In this document: in pieces, positions 40,140 to 40,875 of the stretch
Position numbering within the stretch: position 1 is the stretch's first letter
How the letters are laid out: every line of letters begins with the position of its first letter
From: a virus
IMG/VR virus record: IMGVR_UViG_3300036779_000170
Strand: one strand, 5' to 3'
Length of the DNA: 40,875 nt
Position numbers and translations under genes: made by a program
The notes under the pieces: generated by a model
Database searches by the model: none
Told to the model about the DNA's origin: nothing
The model's input: only the letters and a program-made list of their open reading frames with translations

Positions 40140-40875
40140 ATGAGTACAGAAGCAGCCAACGCCGGACAAGCAGACGCCTCCGGAACACTTACTCTCGACG
40201 AAGCCGCTGACGTTTTTCATACTATGCTGATGCCCGAAGAAAAGGGTAAATCGGCAGAGGAAGATACCAAAGCGGCAATTGAAGGGGACGACGACCCCGA
40301 CGACGCTGACGAGCCATCCACTTCGCAGGATGACGAAGAAGGCGAAACGCAGGAAGAAGGCTCTGAGGACGAAGAAGAGAGCGCGCCGGAACTCCACACC
40401 GTAAAGGTCAACGGAGAAGAACAGCGCGTCTCGCTGGAAGATCTCAAAGCCGGATATCAGCGTAACGAAGACTACACGCGCAAGACCATGGCTCTGGCGG
40501 AACAGCGTAAAGCTGCCGAAGCCGACCATAGCGCCGTGCGCGCGGAGCGTGAACACTACGCCGCCATGCTCGGACAACTGCAGCAGCAGATCCGGCAGGC
40601 GGAACCGCAAATCGACTGGGAGCAACTGAAACTGACCGATCCGCAGCAGTGGATGGTCATGAAGGTGGAACAACAGGACCGGGAACGGGCCATGGCTGGT
40701 CTGCAGGCAGAACAGGAGCGTGTCAACGCTCAGATGGAGCAGACCAGGGCGCAGCAGCAAAACGAAGTGCTGCGGGCCGAAGAGACGAAATTGCTGGAAG
40801 CCATTCCGGAGTGGAAAGACCCGGAAAAGGCCAAAGCCGGCAAGGCCGCTCTCCTCAAGGCGGGCCAGAGCTACG
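40140..40875 (+). CDS. Scaffolding protein, N-terminal part (open at the window end, continues at base 128)
   Basis: Manual translation: MSTEAANAGQ..., an acidic tract, then VKVNGEEQRVSLEDLKAGYQRNEDYTRKTMALAEQRK. Same frame as 1-387. Confidence 0.7.
   Translation, partial: MSTEAANAGQADASGTLTLDEAADVFHTMLMPEEKGKSAEEDTKAAIEGDDDPDDADEPSTSQDDEEGETQEEGSEDEEESAPELHTVKVNGEEQRVSLEDLKAGYQRNEDYTRKTMALAEQRKAAEADHSAVRAEREHYAAMLGQLQQQIRQAEPQIDWEQLKLTDPQQWMVMKVEQQDRERAMAGLQAEQERVNAQMEQTRAQQQNEVLRAEETKLLEAIPEWKDPEKAKAGKAALLKAGQSY
40749..40875. repeat. Right copy of the 127-nt terminal overlap
   Basis: Identical to bases 1-127. Confidence 0.95.

Larger units (their letters stand above)
1..40748. mobile_element. 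Complete circular genome of a temperate tailed dsDNA phage (podovirus-like virion module, integrase present)
   Basis: Terminal 127-nt identity closes the circle. Portal, TerL, scaffold, capsid, fibres, Erf/exonuclease/resolvase, integrase and primase-helicase are all present in one unit. Confidence 0.85.

Overview
The window is a complete, circularly closed genome: bases 1-127 are identical to 40749-40875, giving a unit length of 40,748 bp. It is a GC-rich, apparently temperate, tailed dsDNA phage or excised prophage.

Plus-strand virion block:
- Portal (37647-39878), a small protein, and a scaffold gene (40140, wrapping across the junction to 387).
- An HK97-fold, SU10-like major capsid gene (389-1351) followed by a strong terminator.
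- A putative adaptor, then several tail-fibre, glycine-rich and Q/N-rich fibre proteins, and P/Q-rich putative ejection proteins, ending at 13748.
- No tape-measure gene, so the layout looks short-tailed (podovirus-like).

Recombination, integration and replication genes:
- Erf, a YqaJ-type exonuclease and a RuvC-like resolvase.
- An excisionase-type HTH gene convergent with a tyrosine integrase.
- A C5-cytosine methyltransferase, small zinc-ribbon genes, and a CHC2-primase/TOPRIM/DnaB-type helicase.

Accessory regions:
- 22.7-28.8 kb is a minus-strand block of about 20 small accessory genes, including a short serine recombinase.
- A TerS-like HTH gene (28958-29644) is followed by a 0.6-kb ORF-free island dense in hairpins and homopolymers.
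- 30.2-36.0 kb holds more small genes on both strands.
- TerL (36184-37593) is on the minus strand, divergent from portal.

Not found: rRNA, tRNA, CRISPR array, reverse transcriptase, a recognisable endolysin/holin pair, or a CI-type repressor.

Most noteworthy observations:
1. The methyltransferase locus is open in two frames for about 1 kb, and each frame carries family-like motifs.
2. The non-coding island at 29.6-30.2 kb has an A21 tract, a G8/C9 hairpin, perfect palindromes and a train of short hairpins.
3. A small gene is interrupted by an in-frame TGA, with a hairpin just downstream.
4. A scattered family of small membrane-anchored or soluble coiled-coil proteins ends in R-I-x-[RK]-L-E.
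5. A strong-SD 26-codon hydrophobic micro-ORF sits between convergent operons.
6. A shared promoter/operator-like motif heads two operons.

All functional calls come from motif recognition by eye. No searches or computations beyond manual translation were possible.
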